Numbered from the stretch's first letter, positions 14,557-25,306 are shown. The stretch: 64,000 nucleotides of DNA from Patescibacteria group bacterium (GCA_044238605.1 JBIICY010000001.1:9433-73432); one strand, 5' to 3'. Notes: a model not told the origin generated them from the sequence alone. Translations and numbers: made by a program.

Positions 14557-15891
14557 TCAAGCTACCCACACCCTCTCCACATGGTTTACACCATAGTGGT
14601 ACACAATGTCCTTGTACGAAGGCACATCGTAGAGTACAACGTCTGCTCGTTTACCAACTTCGAGGGAGCCACATGTGGCTGATATGCCAAGTGCAGCCGC
14701 ACCGTTGATGGTGGATGCAACAATGGCTTCTTCGATGCTCATACGCATGTTCATGCAGGCAAGCGACATGATCGTTGGCATGCTCTCGCTGTAGCTCGAC
14801 CCCGGATTGCAATCTGTGGCAAGGGCAACGACAGCCCCTTCGGCGATCATCGTGCGCGCATCCGGATATGGCAGACGAAGCGTGTAAGCAGTGCCTGGAA
14901 GCAGCGTGCATACAACTCCTGCATCACGCAGAATGCGTATCTCGTCGATTGTACTGTGCTCCAGGTGATCGGCGCTGATACACCCAAGCTCCGCAGCCAT
15001 CTGCGAGGCTCCGATGAGCGCAATTTCATCCGCATGAACCTTGAGCTTGAGCCCAAGCTCCTTGGCTTTCTTCAGTATTCGCGTAGACTGCTCAACAGTA
15101 AAGAACCCTGCATCTGTGAACACATCACAGAATTCAGCAATCCCCTGCTCTGCAACAGCGGGTAACATCTCATTGATAACGATGTTTACGTATGCCTCGG
15201 GATCATGCTTCCACTCAGGGGGCACGGCGTGAGCACCGAGGAAGGTGATGAAGACACTAGGTACTAGGGACGAGGGACTAGGTACTAGGGACGAGGAACG
15301 AGGGACTAGGGACGAGGGACTAGGTACCGGGGACGAGGGACTAGGGACGAGGGACGGAGACTGCTGTACCTTGTACCTAGTACCTTGTACCTTCTTCGTC
15401 GCTTCCAACATCTTCAGCTCGCTCTCTGTATCCAACCCATAGCCGCTCTTGATCTCCACCGTCGTGGTGCCATGAGCCAGCGCAGATTGAACGAGCTTGC
15501 GTCCGTTTGCTGCGAGCTGCTCGAGCGTTGCCTCGCGCACGGCGCGCATGGTTGTGAGGATGCCACCGCCTTCTGCGGCGATCTCTGCGTACGTTGCGCC
15601 TGCGACACGACGCGCGAATTCATGTGCGCGAGAGCCGGCAAACACCATGTGCGTGTGAGAGTCGACAAATCCGGGCAGAACAGTTTTGCCTGTGCATTCG
15701 ATGACCGTTACATCTGTATGATCAAGGTGCTTGGCGTCTTCTGTTGTGCCTATCCATTCGATCACATCGCTAAAGAGGATAGCCCCTTGATTGATCTCTC
15801 CTACTTCGCGCATGGCTTCGCCAGTAATGAAGGGGGCTCCGTTGGCATCAACAGTTACGAGAGAAGAGATGTTGGTAAGGAGTGTCTTCAT
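14557..15891 (-). CDS. hutI: Imidazolonepropionase (amidohydrolase superfamily), with an in-frame ~45-aa S/P-rich insertion derived from the 9-mer element
   Basis: KTVLPGFVDSHTHMVFAGSRAHEF and HADEI...TDCNPGSS metal-binding motifs. The segment VQGTRYKVQQSPSLVPSPSSPVPSPSSLVPRSSSLVPSPSSLVPS is encoded by the repeat at 15255-15392. Confidence 0.8.
   Translation of the reverse strand: MKTLLTNISSLVTVDANGAPFITGEAMREVGEINQGAILFSDVIEWIGTTEDAKHLDHTDVTVIECTGKTVLPGFVDSHTHMVFAGSRAHEFARRVAGATYAEIAAEGGGILTTMRAVREATLEQLAANGRKLVQSALAHGTTTVEIKSGYGLDTESELKMLEATKKVQGTRYKVQQSPSLVPSPSSPVPSPSSLVPRSSSLVPSPSSLVPSVFITFLGAHAVPPEWKHDPEAYVNIVINEMLPAVAEQGIAEFCDVFTDAGFFTVEQSTRILKKAKELGLKLKVHADEIALIGASQMAAELGCISADHLEHSTIDEIRILRDAGVVCTLLPGTAYTLRLPYPDARTMIAEGAVVALATDCNPGSSYSESMPTIMSLACMNMRMSIEEAIVASTINGAAALGISATCGSLEVGKRADVVLYDVPSYKDIVYHYGVNHVERVWVA
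15255..15392. repeat. 9-mer-armed palindromic element (ggtactagg/gacgaggga units ... gtaccttgtacctagtacc) inserted in-frame in hutI
   Basis: Direct reading; the length is a multiple of 3 and the ORF is uninterrupted. Confidence 0.8.
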
Positions 15892-16223
15892 GAATTGCTC
15901 TCCTCTTGCCCACGCGCATGGTCGGCGCGGGATTGTGCCTTTTCGAGCTGACGTGTGATGATGAGGTCTGCCAGGTGGATGGGCACTTCGAGCGGGAACG
16001 AGGTGGACATGATCTGATTGACTGCGGCTTCCTTCACATCGATGCGATAGAGAATGGCCATCAGCTTTTCGGGATTGCGCGACAAAAGCTCGGTGATGCG
16101 GTTGATGAGCATTGCCCGCATTTCTTCGAACGTCCCAACAAACTCGAGATCATCACCGGCTAGGTCAAACGCTGCGGCGATGCGTTGTGATGCGCTGTGC
16201 TTTACAAGCTCAGAGGACATCAC
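15888..16223 (-). CDS. Hypothetical protein (111 aa)
   Basis: Overlaps hutI start by 4 nt (ATGA) and manC 3' end by 14 nt, consistent with a co-transcribed gene; no recognisable domain. Confidence 0.4.
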   Translation of the reverse strand: MMSSELVKHSASQRIAAAFDLAGDDLEFVGTFEEMRAMLINRITELLSRNPEKLMAILYRIDVKEAAVNQIMSTSFPLEVPIHLADLIITRQLEKAQSRADHARGQEESNS

Positions 16224-17289
16224 TGCGTCCTTGCTCGCGAAGTGCCTTCACGATATTCTTGACGTCCTGTGCCTTATGCTTCGGACAAATCATCGTTGCG
16301 TCGTTGGTTACAACAACAACGAGATTGTCTACTCCAACGGTGGTAACCACATGGTCGCCATCGTGTGCGTTTACAACAACGGAGTTCTGCGAATCCAGTG
16401 TTAGCGTGGAGCCCTGCCGCACGTTGCCCCGATCGTCATTCGGCTGCATACGGTCGAGCGAATCCCACGACCCTACATCGTCCCATGGGAAGGACGCCGG
16501 CACGGTATAGACATTCTCTGCACGCTCCATCACGCCATAGTCGATCGAGATATCCGGCATCTCGCTAAATGTGAGTCCAAGCGCTACGCTCTTATGTTCC
16601 CTGCACGAAGCCGTCATTGCTTCGATATGCTTGCCTACATCGGGCAGCACAGACATCATCGCATCTCGCAGGGCGTGTGTGCGCCAGAAGAACATGCCGC
16701 TATTCCAGACGTACTCCCCGCTGCGCACGTATTCGAGTGCAACGTCAAACGCTGGTTTTTCTTTGAACTCGGCGACCTTTGCGATCGTCGATGGCTTCGC
16801 GCGCTCCGTCATACGGATGTACCCATAGCCCGTCTCCGGACGTGTTGGCGGAATACCCATGGTCACGAGGGCATCACTCGTTTGTGCATGCGCAAGCGCA
16901 AGTGCTACGTCTTTCCGGAAAGCCTGCACATCACCGATAAAGTGATCGGCTGTAAGCACTGCCATCAGCGCATCAGCCCCTTCACGAGCTTCGATTACGC
17001 TGCACGCAAGTGCCAGGCACGGTGCTGTGTTGCGCTTAGCTGGCTCTGCGACAACATTTTCTGGGGGCAGGCCTGGAAGAGCATCGATAATGGGCTGACG
17101 CAACATCTCGCTCGTGATGATAAGGATGCGCTCCCTTGGGATAAGGGGCTCGATACGCTCTATAGCCTCTTCGATCATCATCGCATCTGGCGATGTAAGC
17201 TTTAAGAGCTGCTTTGGCTTGCGCATGCGGGAAAGCGGCCAGAATCGTTCGCCGGATCCGCCGGCCATAATCACTACGTATGAGTTCAT
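16210..17289 (-). CDS. manC: Mannose-1-phosphate guanylyltransferase
   Basis: I set the start at MNSYVVIMAGGSGERFWPLSR (the nucleotidyltransferase G-rich loop); the ORF-track upstream extension is arginine-rich noise. Start ATG overlaps the asd stop (ATGA). Confidence 0.8.
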   Translation of the reverse strand: MNSYVVIMAGGSGERFWPLSRMRKPKQLLKLTSPDAMMIEEAIERIEPLIPRERILIITSEMLRQPIIDALPGLPPENVVAEPAKRNTAPCLALACSVIEAREGADALMAVLTADHFIGDVQAFRKDVALALAHAQTSDALVTMGIPPTRPETGYGYIRMTERAKPSTIAKVAEFKEKPAFDVALEYVRSGEYVWNSGMFFWRTHALRDAMMSVLPDVGKHIEAMTASCREHKSVALGLTFSEMPDISIDYGVMERAENVYTVPASFPWDDVGSWDSLDRMQPNDDRGNVRQGSTLTLDSQNSVVVNAHDGDHVVTTVGVDNLVVVVTNDATMICPKHKAQDVKNIVKALREQGRSDVL

Positions 17290-18278
17290 GTTGTTGTGGT
17301 ATTCGTAAGAAGTTGGAGTATCTGAACGGCGTTGGTTGCCGCCCCTTTCCGCAGGTTGTCTGCTACAACCCACATAAGTAGTCCATGTTCTACCGACGCG
17401 TCCTTTCGGATTCGTCCAACATAGACTGGGTCTGTACCCTTGGACGCAGTAGGCGTCGGGTACGTGTGTGAAGCGGGATCGTCTACCACGACAATTCCCT
17501 CTTGCGCAGAGAGCAGCTTGCGTGCGGCATCGGGATCGCACGCATGCACGGTCTCGATAGCCACGCTCTCGGCATGTCCGCCAAGCACGGGCACGCGCAC
17601 GCACGTGACAGCGATCGGTAGTTCGGGCAGGTGGAGAATACGACGTGTTTCGCGCATCATCTTGACTTCTTCTTCTGATGATCCGTTGAGTTCGTTGATG
17701 GTATGAAACACCGTATTCATGGCTAGGGTATGCGGCGTGATGCGGTTCTGAGGCTCTTGGCCGGCGAGCTCGGCAGTTAGCTGGTCTACACCCTGCTGTC
17801 CGGCACCGGACGGACTCTGATACGTGCTCACTACGAGACGCTTCGCGCCATACATGTCGATAAGGGGCTTTACTGCCACCACAAGCTGAATTGTGCTGCA
17901 GTTCGGATTGGCAATGATCCCCGAGTGCGTATGCACATCACCAGGGTTTACCTCTGGTACGACCAGCGGAACGGCTGGGTCCATGCGCCAGGAGCTGGAG
18001 TTATCGATGGCCACGCACCCTGCTGATGCAGCAATGGGCGCATAGATCTTACTGATGGCCCCACCGGCGCTGAACAGGGCGTAGTCCATGCCGGCAAAAG
18101 ACTCCGGCGTTAGCTCCTGGACAACATTCTCACGTCCAAGACCGTGGATGACCACTCCGGCAGACCTCTTCGAGGCAAGTAATCGCAGCTCGCCAACCTG
18201 CACCTGATGTTCCTCAAGCACACGCAGCATGGTGCGTCCAACGAGCCCCGTGGCTCCAACAATGGCAACATTTATCAC
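17286..18278 (-). CDS. asd: Aspartate-semialdehyde dehydrogenase
   Basis: MINVAIVGATGLVGRTMLRVLEE N-terminus; catalytic-site region ...NPNCSTIQLVVAVKPL; 330 aa. Confidence 0.85.
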   Translation of the reverse strand: MINVAIVGATGLVGRTMLRVLEEHQVQVGELRLLASKRSAGVVIHGLGRENVVQELTPESFAGMDYALFSAGGAISKIYAPIAASAGCVAIDNSSSWRMDPAVPLVVPEVNPGDVHTHSGIIANPNCSTIQLVVAVKPLIDMYGAKRLVVSTYQSPSGAGQQGVDQLTAELAGQEPQNRITPHTLAMNTVFHTINELNGSSEEEVKMMRETRRILHLPELPIAVTCVRVPVLGGHAESVAIETVHACDPDAARKLLSAQEGIVVVDDPASHTYPTPTASKGTDPVYVGRIRKDASVEHGLLMWVVADNLRKGAATNAVQILQLLTNTTTT

Positions 18279-18304
18279 GTTCGAAAATACGCCCTGCCCT
18301 ACTT

Positions 18305-19033
18305 TTGCACATGAAGCATTTTATCGTACTCATGTTGGCCGTGTGCTCTTTGAGCGCTCAGGATGTTGATGTTGATTACTTCGGCTGGGATGGACGTCTG
18401 GTCTATGAGATCAACTCCATCAAGAGCGAAGGCCTCAAAAACGTTTCTCGGTTCATGTCCGATGCTGCATCAACGGTCTATGTTGCCGTGCCTGCATCGC
18501 TCTATGCCTATGGCGTGCTCGCTTCGGAGCTGGATAAGCCGTCGGCAGACAGACGGTATGCAGCAGAAACGGGGATCCAAGCTCTAACCACACTTGGCAT
18601 CACCTATGGCATTGCCGTGGCAACGAAGATCATCGTGGATCGAGAACGCCCCTACCAGGCATATCCCGGACTGATAGTGAACGGCGAAGGGAAGAACGAC
18701 AAGTACCTTAGCTCCTTTCCATCTGGACACTCTGCTGGTGCCGCTGCCATCGCAACGACGATGATGCTGCGCTACCCTAAATGGTATGTAATCGCCCCAT
18801 CCGTTGGATACACACTCTGGATGGGATTCTCTCGCATGAACCTTGGTGTACACTACCTCACAGACGTGCTCGCTGGATATGCAGTTGGTGCAGGCGTTGC
18901 CTACGGAGTCCATGTGCTGAGCAAAGAACTCTTCAGCATCGCAGAACCTCTGTTGCCTGCTGATGGCTCAATTGTTGTGGGCATGGCGGGTACTCCGACA
19001 ACGCCGATCTTTACGATCTCGATGAATTTTTGA
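18305..19033 (+). CDS. PAP2-family phosphatase (membrane)
   Basis: KIIVDRERP...PSGHSAGAAA...SRMNLGVHYLTDV (PAP2 motifs 1-3); signal peptide/TM at the N-terminus. Confidence 0.7.
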   Translation: MHMKHFIVLMLAVCSLSAQDVDVDYFGWDGRLVYEINSIKSEGLKNVSRFMSDAASTVYVAVPASLYAYGVLASELDKPSADRRYAAETGIQALTTLGITYGIAVATKIIVDRERPYQAYPGLIVNGEGKNDKYLSSFPSGHSAGAAAIATTMMLRYPKWYVIAPSVGYTLWMGFSRMNLGVHYLTDVLAGYAVGAGVAYGVHVLSKELFSIAEPLLPADGSIVVGMAGTPTTPIFTISMNF

Positions 19034-19824
19034 TGCGCATTGCCTGCATTCAATTCGCACCCGTCTTTGGTGATCTCGATGCCAACACGCAGACAATCAC
19101 CGAGGCCATTCGTACTGCCAAGGCAGATGTGGTTGTGGTGCCTGAGCTTGCAACATCGGGCTATTTCTTTGCCACTCGCGAAGAGGCACGCATAGCAGCA
19201 GAGCCTGTTGATGGTGATCATATCTCGTTAATCGTTCAAACCGCGCGAGATACCGGCAGCGTTGTGATATGTGGCTTTGCAGAGTCCACCGGTGAGAACG
19301 TCTATAATTCAGCAGTTATTGCCGGTCCGGACATCGAAACGCAGGTGTACCGAAAAACGCATCTCTTTTATAAAGAGCGCTACTGCTTTGACGAGGGCAA
19401 TACAGGATTTTTCTGCACGCCCCTTCCCCACCTAGACTGCACACTTGGCACGATGATATGCTACGACTGGCGCTTCCCGGAGTCAGCACGCACACTCGCG
19501 CTGCAAGGGGCCGACCTCGTTGTCTGTCCGTCGAATCTCGTAACCCACCTCTGGCGCATGGCCATGCCCGTGCGGGCACTTGAGAACAAGGTGTTCCTGG
19601 CAGTGGCAAACAGAACCGGCGCAGAGCATAATGGCGGTGAAGACGTTGCGTTTAACGGACTCAGCGCCATCTATGGCACAAACGGTGAGACGCTTGCTGA
19701 GACGGGGCCAACGGAGATGGCCATCATCACTGCCGATATTGACCCTGCTGCCGCAAGAACAAAGAGCTTCAACTCCATCAATGATATTTTCGCGGACAGA
19801 CGTCCAGAAACCTACCGTACATGA
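19030..19824 (+). CDS. Carbon-nitrogen hydrolase (nitrilase superfamily) protein
   Basis: A Glu (VVPELATSGY), Lys and Cys (MICYDWRFPE) catalytic triad arrangement. Confidence 0.75.
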   Translation: MMRIACIQFAPVFGDLDANTQTITEAIRTAKADVVVVPELATSGYFFATREEARIAAEPVDGDHISLIVQTARDTGSVVICGFAESTGENVYNSAVIAGPDIETQVYRKTHLFYKERYCFDEGNTGFFCTPLPHLDCTLGTMICYDWRFPESARTLALQGADLVVCPSNLVTHLWRMAMPVRALENKVFLAVANRTGAEHNGGEDVAFNGLSAIYGTNGETLAETGPTEMAIITADIDPAAARTKSFNSINDIFADRRPETYRT

Positions 19825-21188
19825 ATTTTTCGTCCGTTAACCACATCCACTTCGTCGGCATCGGCGGCTCCGGCATGAGCGGCATTGCAGAGATCCTGCT
19901 TTCTCAGGGCTTTACTGTGTCCGGCTCGGATATGCAGTCCTCCGAAACCACAGCCTACCTAGCCCGACAAGGTGCGTCTGTTTTTATCGGACATGCCAAG
20001 GAGAACATTGAGGGGGCCGAGGTTGTGGTCTACTCCTCTGCAGTACGGCCAACGGACAATCCCGAAACATTAGCCGCTCTCGAGCGAAAGATTCCGATCA
20101 TTCGCCGAGCCGAGATGCTCAGCGAAGTCTCACGGCTGAAGTACACGCTGGCTATTGCCGGAACACATGGGAAGACCACTACTACATCGATGTGCGGCCT
20201 GGTGATGATGAAGGCCGGTCTTGACCCTACCGTTATTGTAGGCGGACGCCTCAAGGGGCTGGGCGGCACAAATGCACGGCTGGGCAAGGGAGACTGGATT
20301 GTTCTCGAAGCTGATGAATACGACCGCAGCTTCCTGCAGCTTCTGCCAACCATCGCAGTTGTAACGAATATTGAGGCAGATCACCTGGACATCTACTCGG
20401 ATTTGGACGACATTAAAGGGGCATTTACTGAGTTTTCAAACAAAGTGCCCTTTTACGGGACCGCCTGTGTGTGCCTCGACGACCCCGGCGTTCGGGATGT
20501 ACTCCCGCTAATCAAGCGTGTTGTAACCACTTACGGAACAACACCCCAGTGCGACGTGCGCGCAACCGAGATCTCGTATCACGACAACACTTCGTCATTT
20601 ACGCTGAATTATCATGGCGAGCCCCTTTGCCAGATAACCCTTAATGTACCCGGTGAACATAATGTGCTCAATGCTCTGGCGGCATGTGCCGTTGCCTTGC
20701 AGTGCAACGTGGCGCTTGACGTAATTGCCGAAGCACTTGCCGAGTTTGGAGGCGTCTACCGCAGGTTTGAGATCAAGGGAGAACGCAACGGAATACTCGT
20801 AATCGATGATTATGCGCACCATCCAACGGAGATCCTGGCAACTCTTGAGGCCGCCCGGAATGGATGGAACCGGCGTATAGTGGCTGTGTTTCAGCCCCAT
20901 ACCTATACCCGCACGCGTGACTTCTACAAAGAGTTTGCCACTTCCTTTGATAACGCAGATATGTTAATCCTTACCGACGTCTTCCCAGCTCGGGAAGAAC
21001 CGATCGAAGGGGTCTCAGGTAAACTTATTTCTGATGCGGCCAGAGATGCTGGCCACAGGCATGTTCAGTACGTTCCAAGGCTTGTTGATGTGCCTTCCGT
21101 GCTCCGAGAGATCCTCAAAGACGGCGACATATTGTTAACAATGGGTGCCGGAGACGTCTGGAAGGTAGGTCAAGACGTCCTGAACTGA
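19821..21188 (+). CDS. murC: UDP-N-acetylmuramate--L-alanine ligase
   Basis: HFVGIGGSGMSGIAEILLSQGFTVSGSD and ...AIAGTHGKTTTTSM (Mur ligase P-loop). Confidence 0.9.
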   Translation: MNFSSVNHIHFVGIGGSGMSGIAEILLSQGFTVSGSDMQSSETTAYLARQGASVFIGHAKENIEGAEVVVYSSAVRPTDNPETLAALERKIPIIRRAEMLSEVSRLKYTLAIAGTHGKTTTTSMCGLVMMKAGLDPTVIVGGRLKGLGGTNARLGKGDWIVLEADEYDRSFLQLLPTIAVVTNIEADHLDIYSDLDDIKGAFTEFSNKVPFYGTACVCLDDPGVRDVLPLIKRVVTTYGTTPQCDVRATEISYHDNTSSFTLNYHGEPLCQITLNVPGEHNVLNALAACAVALQCNVALDVIAEALAEFGGVYRRFEIKGERNGILVIDDYAHHPTEILATLEAARNGWNRRIVAVFQPHTYTRTRDFYKEFATSFDNADMLILTDVFPAREEPIEGVSGKLISDAARDAGHRHVQYVPRLVDVPSVLREILKDGDILLTMGAGDVWKVGQDVLN

Positions 21189-21251
21189 CTATTTTTGCAA
21201 CCCGGTCGTCTAAACCCGTCCGCATTACATCATTGATTTTACGGTTGTTTC

Positions 21252-23390
21252 ATGTTGCATAACGCCATGATGATTCGTCTTCGCATCCTTGCCCTGACGG
21301 CAATCGCCTGCTCAGCGGCGATCTCTGCTCACGCTCAAAAGAAAACGCGTCCATCAAAACCCGTTGATCAATCGCAAACCATCATTGCTACCGTTGGCAC
21401 CGAGAACATCCCGTTTGGTGACGTTGAGCGTGCGTTTCAGAAGAACCTCACACGCCGCGACACGAAGCTCTCAAGCGTGCCGAAGGACACCGCGATGGAG
21501 TTCCTGCGCCTGTATACCAATTACCGGCTAAAGGTCCAGGATGCCCGCGATAGGGGGCTCGACAAAGACTCAGCTGTGAAGGTAGACCTGGCAAACAACC
21601 GCCGACTTCTCTCAGAAACATTCTTCTACGACAAGGCCGTTGCCAACCGTCGCGTAGAAGAACTGGCCCAGCGCCGCCTTACAGAGCTTGAAATTGGTGT
21701 GATTCTCTGCGCTATTCCAGATCCGGCAACACGTGGGTGGGATACCCTGGCAAGCCGCCGCAAGGCAGAACGTCTGATTGCCCAGTTAACTGCTGGTGCT
21801 GACTTTGATAAAACAGCTCGTGACTCATCAGATGACAAGGAAACGGCAGCCAATGGCGGACGCCTTCCATGGATCAGTGGTGGCACGATCATCAAGGCCG
21901 TTGAAGATGCTGCATACGGAATGAGCATCGGACAGGTTAGCCCTGCACCGATTTACTCTCGCTTCGGTTACTTCATCGTAAAGCTGTTCCGTTCGGCAGG
22001 ACGCGAATCAGTGAAGTTCCGTCACATTCTTCTGCAGCCAAAAGACACACGCGACAGCATCGCAACACAGCTGTTTGCAGACTCCCTCATCAGCATTCTC
22101 AAGATGCCTGCAGCACAGCAGAATGCAGCGCTTACGGGAAGGGGCTTGCAGCCATCTGGCGATATTTTCGGCGATCTTGCCAAGGCATACTCAGACGACA
22201 AGACGTCTGCATCTAAAGGTGGATACCTCGGAGCCCCCTACACCCGCTCTGGAGGTATGGAAAACAATAACTCTCGTCTGGTGCCTGACTTTGAGCGCGC
22301 GATCTTCGACCTCAAGGACGGACAGGTCTCTGGTAAGGTTAAAACACTGTTCGGCACACACATCATCATTCGCGATTCAACCAAGCGTCCAGATGCCTTC
22401 GTAGAGCGCGACGCAGCGAAGAGATCATATCGCAGACTCTACTACGAAGAAGACAAGCGCCTAGTTCTGGATTCCGTGAAGAAAGCCAACGGCTACGGAT
22501 GGAACATTGTAAATCTTGCCAAGCTGTTGAATTCAATCGATACCAACCGCAACACGCAGGATACCCTGTGGCACCGCTCAATCATGGACGACCTCCTGCC
22601 ACAGCCGCTGTATTACCTTTCTAATGGCAGCTACAGCGTGCAGCAGTTTACCGATACGCTACGCAAGCGGTCAGATCTGCGCGGCTTTACGCTCAATCGT
22701 GCTGGTTTTGACCGTGCGATTAACAAGATGACGGACCCGATCGCTCTTGAGCAGGCAACAGCAAATCTTGAACGTGACTATCCAGACTTTGCTTCACTGA
22801 TGCGCGAATTCAATGATGGTATTCTGCTCTTTAAGGTGGAAGAAAAGGAAGTATGGAGCAAGCTCAAGTTCGACACAACGGATGCCCGAGCGTTCTACGA
22901 GACAACGAAGTCACGCTGGATGACCGAGACCAAGTATGACGTTACAGAGATCTTTGTTCTGAACGACTCACTTCTTGCTGTGATCCAACAGCGCTTGAAC
23001 AAGGGCGAGAACTTCTCGTCACTTGCGCAGGAGTATACCCAGCGCGACGGCATGCGCGATAAGAAGGGCTACACCAATGCATTGTCGCCCAAGACATCAA
23101 AGGTTGCTCAGCAAATCACTGGCACAACGAAGATTGGCGATGTGATCGGTCCTGTAAAACTCGATGCCGGCTGGTCGATGATCAAACTTGAAGCGATCAT
23201 TCCACCTCAGCAGAAGACATTTGAGAATGCTATGTCGGAGATTGCCCCTGCATATCAGGATGCCCTGCAGAAGCGTCTAACAGAGAACTGGTTGTCGGGT
23301 GTTCGGACACGTCACCCAGTAACGTACAACGCTAAAGTGCTCGATGCTGTTTGGCCAGCTGAGAAGACCGACAAAAAGTCGAAGAAGTAA
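21252..23390 (+). CDS. Periplasmic peptidyl-prolyl cis-trans isomerase, SurA/PpiD-like with multiple parvulin domains
   Basis: Signal peptide, then repeated parvulin-like blocks (FRHILLQPK..., GGYLGAPYTRSG..., GMSIGQVSPAPIYSRFGYFIVKL). Confidence 0.65.
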   Translation: MLHNAMMIRLRILALTAIACSAAISAHAQKKTRPSKPVDQSQTIIATVGTENIPFGDVERAFQKNLTRRDTKLSSVPKDTAMEFLRLYTNYRLKVQDARDRGLDKDSAVKVDLANNRRLLSETFFYDKAVANRRVEELAQRRLTELEIGVILCAIPDPATRGWDTLASRRKAERLIAQLTAGADFDKTARDSSDDKETAANGGRLPWISGGTIIKAVEDAAYGMSIGQVSPAPIYSRFGYFIVKLFRSAGRESVKFRHILLQPKDTRDSIATQLFADSLISILKMPAAQQNAALTGRGLQPSGDIFGDLAKAYSDDKTSASKGGYLGAPYTRSGGMENNNSRLVPDFERAIFDLKDGQVSGKVKTLFGTHIIIRDSTKRPDAFVERDAAKRSYRRLYYEEDKRLVLDSVKKANGYGWNIVNLAKLLNSIDTNRNTQDTLWHRSIMDDLLPQPLYYLSNGSYSVQQFTDTLRKRSDLRGFTLNRAGFDRAINKMTDPIALEQATANLERDYPDFASLMREFNDGILLFKVEEKEVWSKLKFDTTDARAFYETTKSRWMTETKYDVTEIFVLNDSLLAVIQQRLNKGENFSSLAQEYTQRDGMRDKKGYTNALSPKTSKVAQQITGTTKIGDVIGPVKLDAGWSMIKLEAIIPPQQKTFENAMSEIAPAYQDALQKRLTENWLSGVRTRHPVTYNAKVLDAVWPAEKTDKKSKK

Positions 23391-24682
23391 TGAGCATCCT
23401 TCGTCGCATATCGCTGGCTTCGGCCATAGGCTTCGCCCTGATATCACCCTCGGCATGCGTACTAGCGCAGGATGCTGTAGAGGGAATTGTAGCGATCGTT
23501 GGACGTGAGATCATTTTGAAGTCTGACGTAGACGGGCAGCTAGAGGTAATGGCTCAGCGAGATCCACGGATCAATAAAAAAGATCCTGCGATGCGCAGAG
23601 CAATCGTAGACCAACTCATCAATGAGCGGTTAATCGTTACAAAGGCGATTGAAGACAGCGTTGACGTTCAGGAAGACGAGATCACGCAGCGGATGGAATA
23701 TCAGATCCAAATGCTGGTACAACAGTACGGCTCGGAAAAACGGATTGAAGACCTCTACGGCATGAGCATGTCGCGCATTCGCAAGGACTTTCGTGATGAG
23801 ATCCGCAAGCGCCTGCTTGTTGAGAAGATTCAAGGAGAGAAGTTCGGCGACGTCAAAGCATCGCGTTCCGATGTTGAGGCTTTTTTTGCGAAGTACAAGG
23901 ATTCCATACCTCAGATCAACGACCGTGTAGACCTGTACCACATCGTAAAGTATGTTACAGCCTCCAGCGCAAAGAACAAAGAAGCTCAGATGCTTGCTAT
24001 TCGCGTCCGTGATTCAATCATCAAGGGCAGCTCCTTTAGCGACTTTGCCCGCAGGTACAGCGGAGATGCTGTTTCTGCTGCAAATGGCGGAGACCTTGGT
24101 ACTGTAGAAAAGGGAAAGTTTGTCCCTGCATTTGAGTCGGCCGCATTTGCTCTCGAGTCTAACGAAATCTCACAGCCCGTCGAGACGCCGTTTGGCTGGC
24201 ACATCATCCAGCTTATCGGCAAGACATCTTCAACAATCACCTGTCGGCACATCCTTATCCGTGTTGGCCAGAGCGATGAAGACCGCGAAGCAGTGAAGAA
24301 GCAGTTATCAGATATTCGCGAGCGTGTGAAGGCCGGAGAAGACTTCGAAGCACTAGCAAAGAAGTTCAGCGAGGAGAAAGAGACGCAAGGCTTTGGTGGT
24401 GCGATGGGGCAGATTGATCTGCAGCGTCTCCCAGAAGATATGCGCAAAACGATCCTTGCGATGAAGGACGGTGATGTTACGGAGCCGCTGCCGTACGCAG
24501 CAGATCCCACAAAGCCTGGTTTCCATATTCTCTGGCGTAAGAAGTTTCTTAAGCAGCACTTCCCCACAATCGAGGAAGACTTTAAGCAGCTTGAACAGAT
24601 GGCATCAATGGAAAAGCGTCAGCGCTTGGAACAGGAATGGATTCAGGAGCTTCGGAAAAAGCTTTACTGGGAAGTGCGATAG
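23390..24682 (+). CDS. SurA-like periplasmic chaperone / PPIase
   Basis: SurA N-terminal domain plus two parvulin domains (RHILIRVGQ..., GGDLGTVEKGKFVPAFESAAFAL, PFGWHIIQL). Confidence 0.7.
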   Translation: MSILRRISLASAIGFALISPSACVLAQDAVEGIVAIVGREIILKSDVDGQLEVMAQRDPRINKKDPAMRRAIVDQLINERLIVTKAIEDSVDVQEDEITQRMEYQIQMLVQQYGSEKRIEDLYGMSMSRIRKDFRDEIRKRLLVEKIQGEKFGDVKASRSDVEAFFAKYKDSIPQINDRVDLYHIVKYVTASSAKNKEAQMLAIRVRDSIIKGSSFSDFARRYSGDAVSAANGGDLGTVEKGKFVPAFESAAFALESNEISQPVETPFGWHIIQLIGKTSSTITCRHILIRVGQSDEDREAVKKQLSDIRERVKAGEDFEALAKKFSEEKETQGFGGAMGQIDLQRLPEDMRKTILAMKDGDVTEPLPYAADPTKPGFHILWRKKFLKQHFPTIEEDFKQLEQMASMEKRQRLEQEWIQELRKKLYWEVR

Positions 24683-24766
24683 GGGTGCCTGCTGCGCGTT
24701 GATAACGTGCGCGACGAGGAAATACACCCTGTGCCGTAACTTGCAGGCCTACAATTACACTACGCC

Positions 24767-25306
24767 ATGTTTTCCAGCCGATTTTCGCGAATAGTCCTTT
24801 CCCTCTTTGTGCTGGCCAGCTCTATCTGGCTTGGCTTAGCTGTTGCCCGCCTGGCTGTTGGCTATGACGCTTTTGTTGCAGGCACCGTTACGCTGAAGCA
24901 GAAACTCAGTCAGCCCGTGTTGCTCCAAACGATCTGGCTGTACACCAGTCTGGGAATGTGGACAACGATTGCGTACGCAACGGCAGCTGCAACGGGGCTG
25001 TTGGTTCTGTGGCTGGTTCGGCAATCCTTTAGAACACATGGCTGGGTGTTGATGTCGGCCATCCTCTTTGTGATACTGATTCCAGCGCAGGCCTACCTGA
25101 TCGATGCTGATCTCCTGCTCTGGAGCTTCTTTGACTACCACACCGGCATGCCACTGGCACAGCCGGGTCAGATCATCAATGTCTTTACATCGCGGTTTTC
25201 TAATCAGGCGATCGGCATAACGACATCGCTCGTGCTCTTGTCTGGCATCACGATTGTCCTCTTCACCACGATGCGTCCGTTACACAACACGGCAACCAAC
25301 GAATGA
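24767..25306 (+). CDS. Hypothetical membrane protein
   Basis: Four predicted hydrophobic helices; no recognisable motif. Confidence 0.4.
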   Translation: MFSSRFSRIVLSLFVLASSIWLGLAVARLAVGYDAFVAGTVTLKQKLSQPVLLQTIWLYTSLGMWTTIAYATAAATGLLVLWLVRQSFRTHGWVLMSAILFVILIPAQAYLIDADLLLWSFFDYHTGMPLAQPGQIINVFTSRFSNQAIGITTSLVLLSGITIVLFTTMRPLHNTATNE

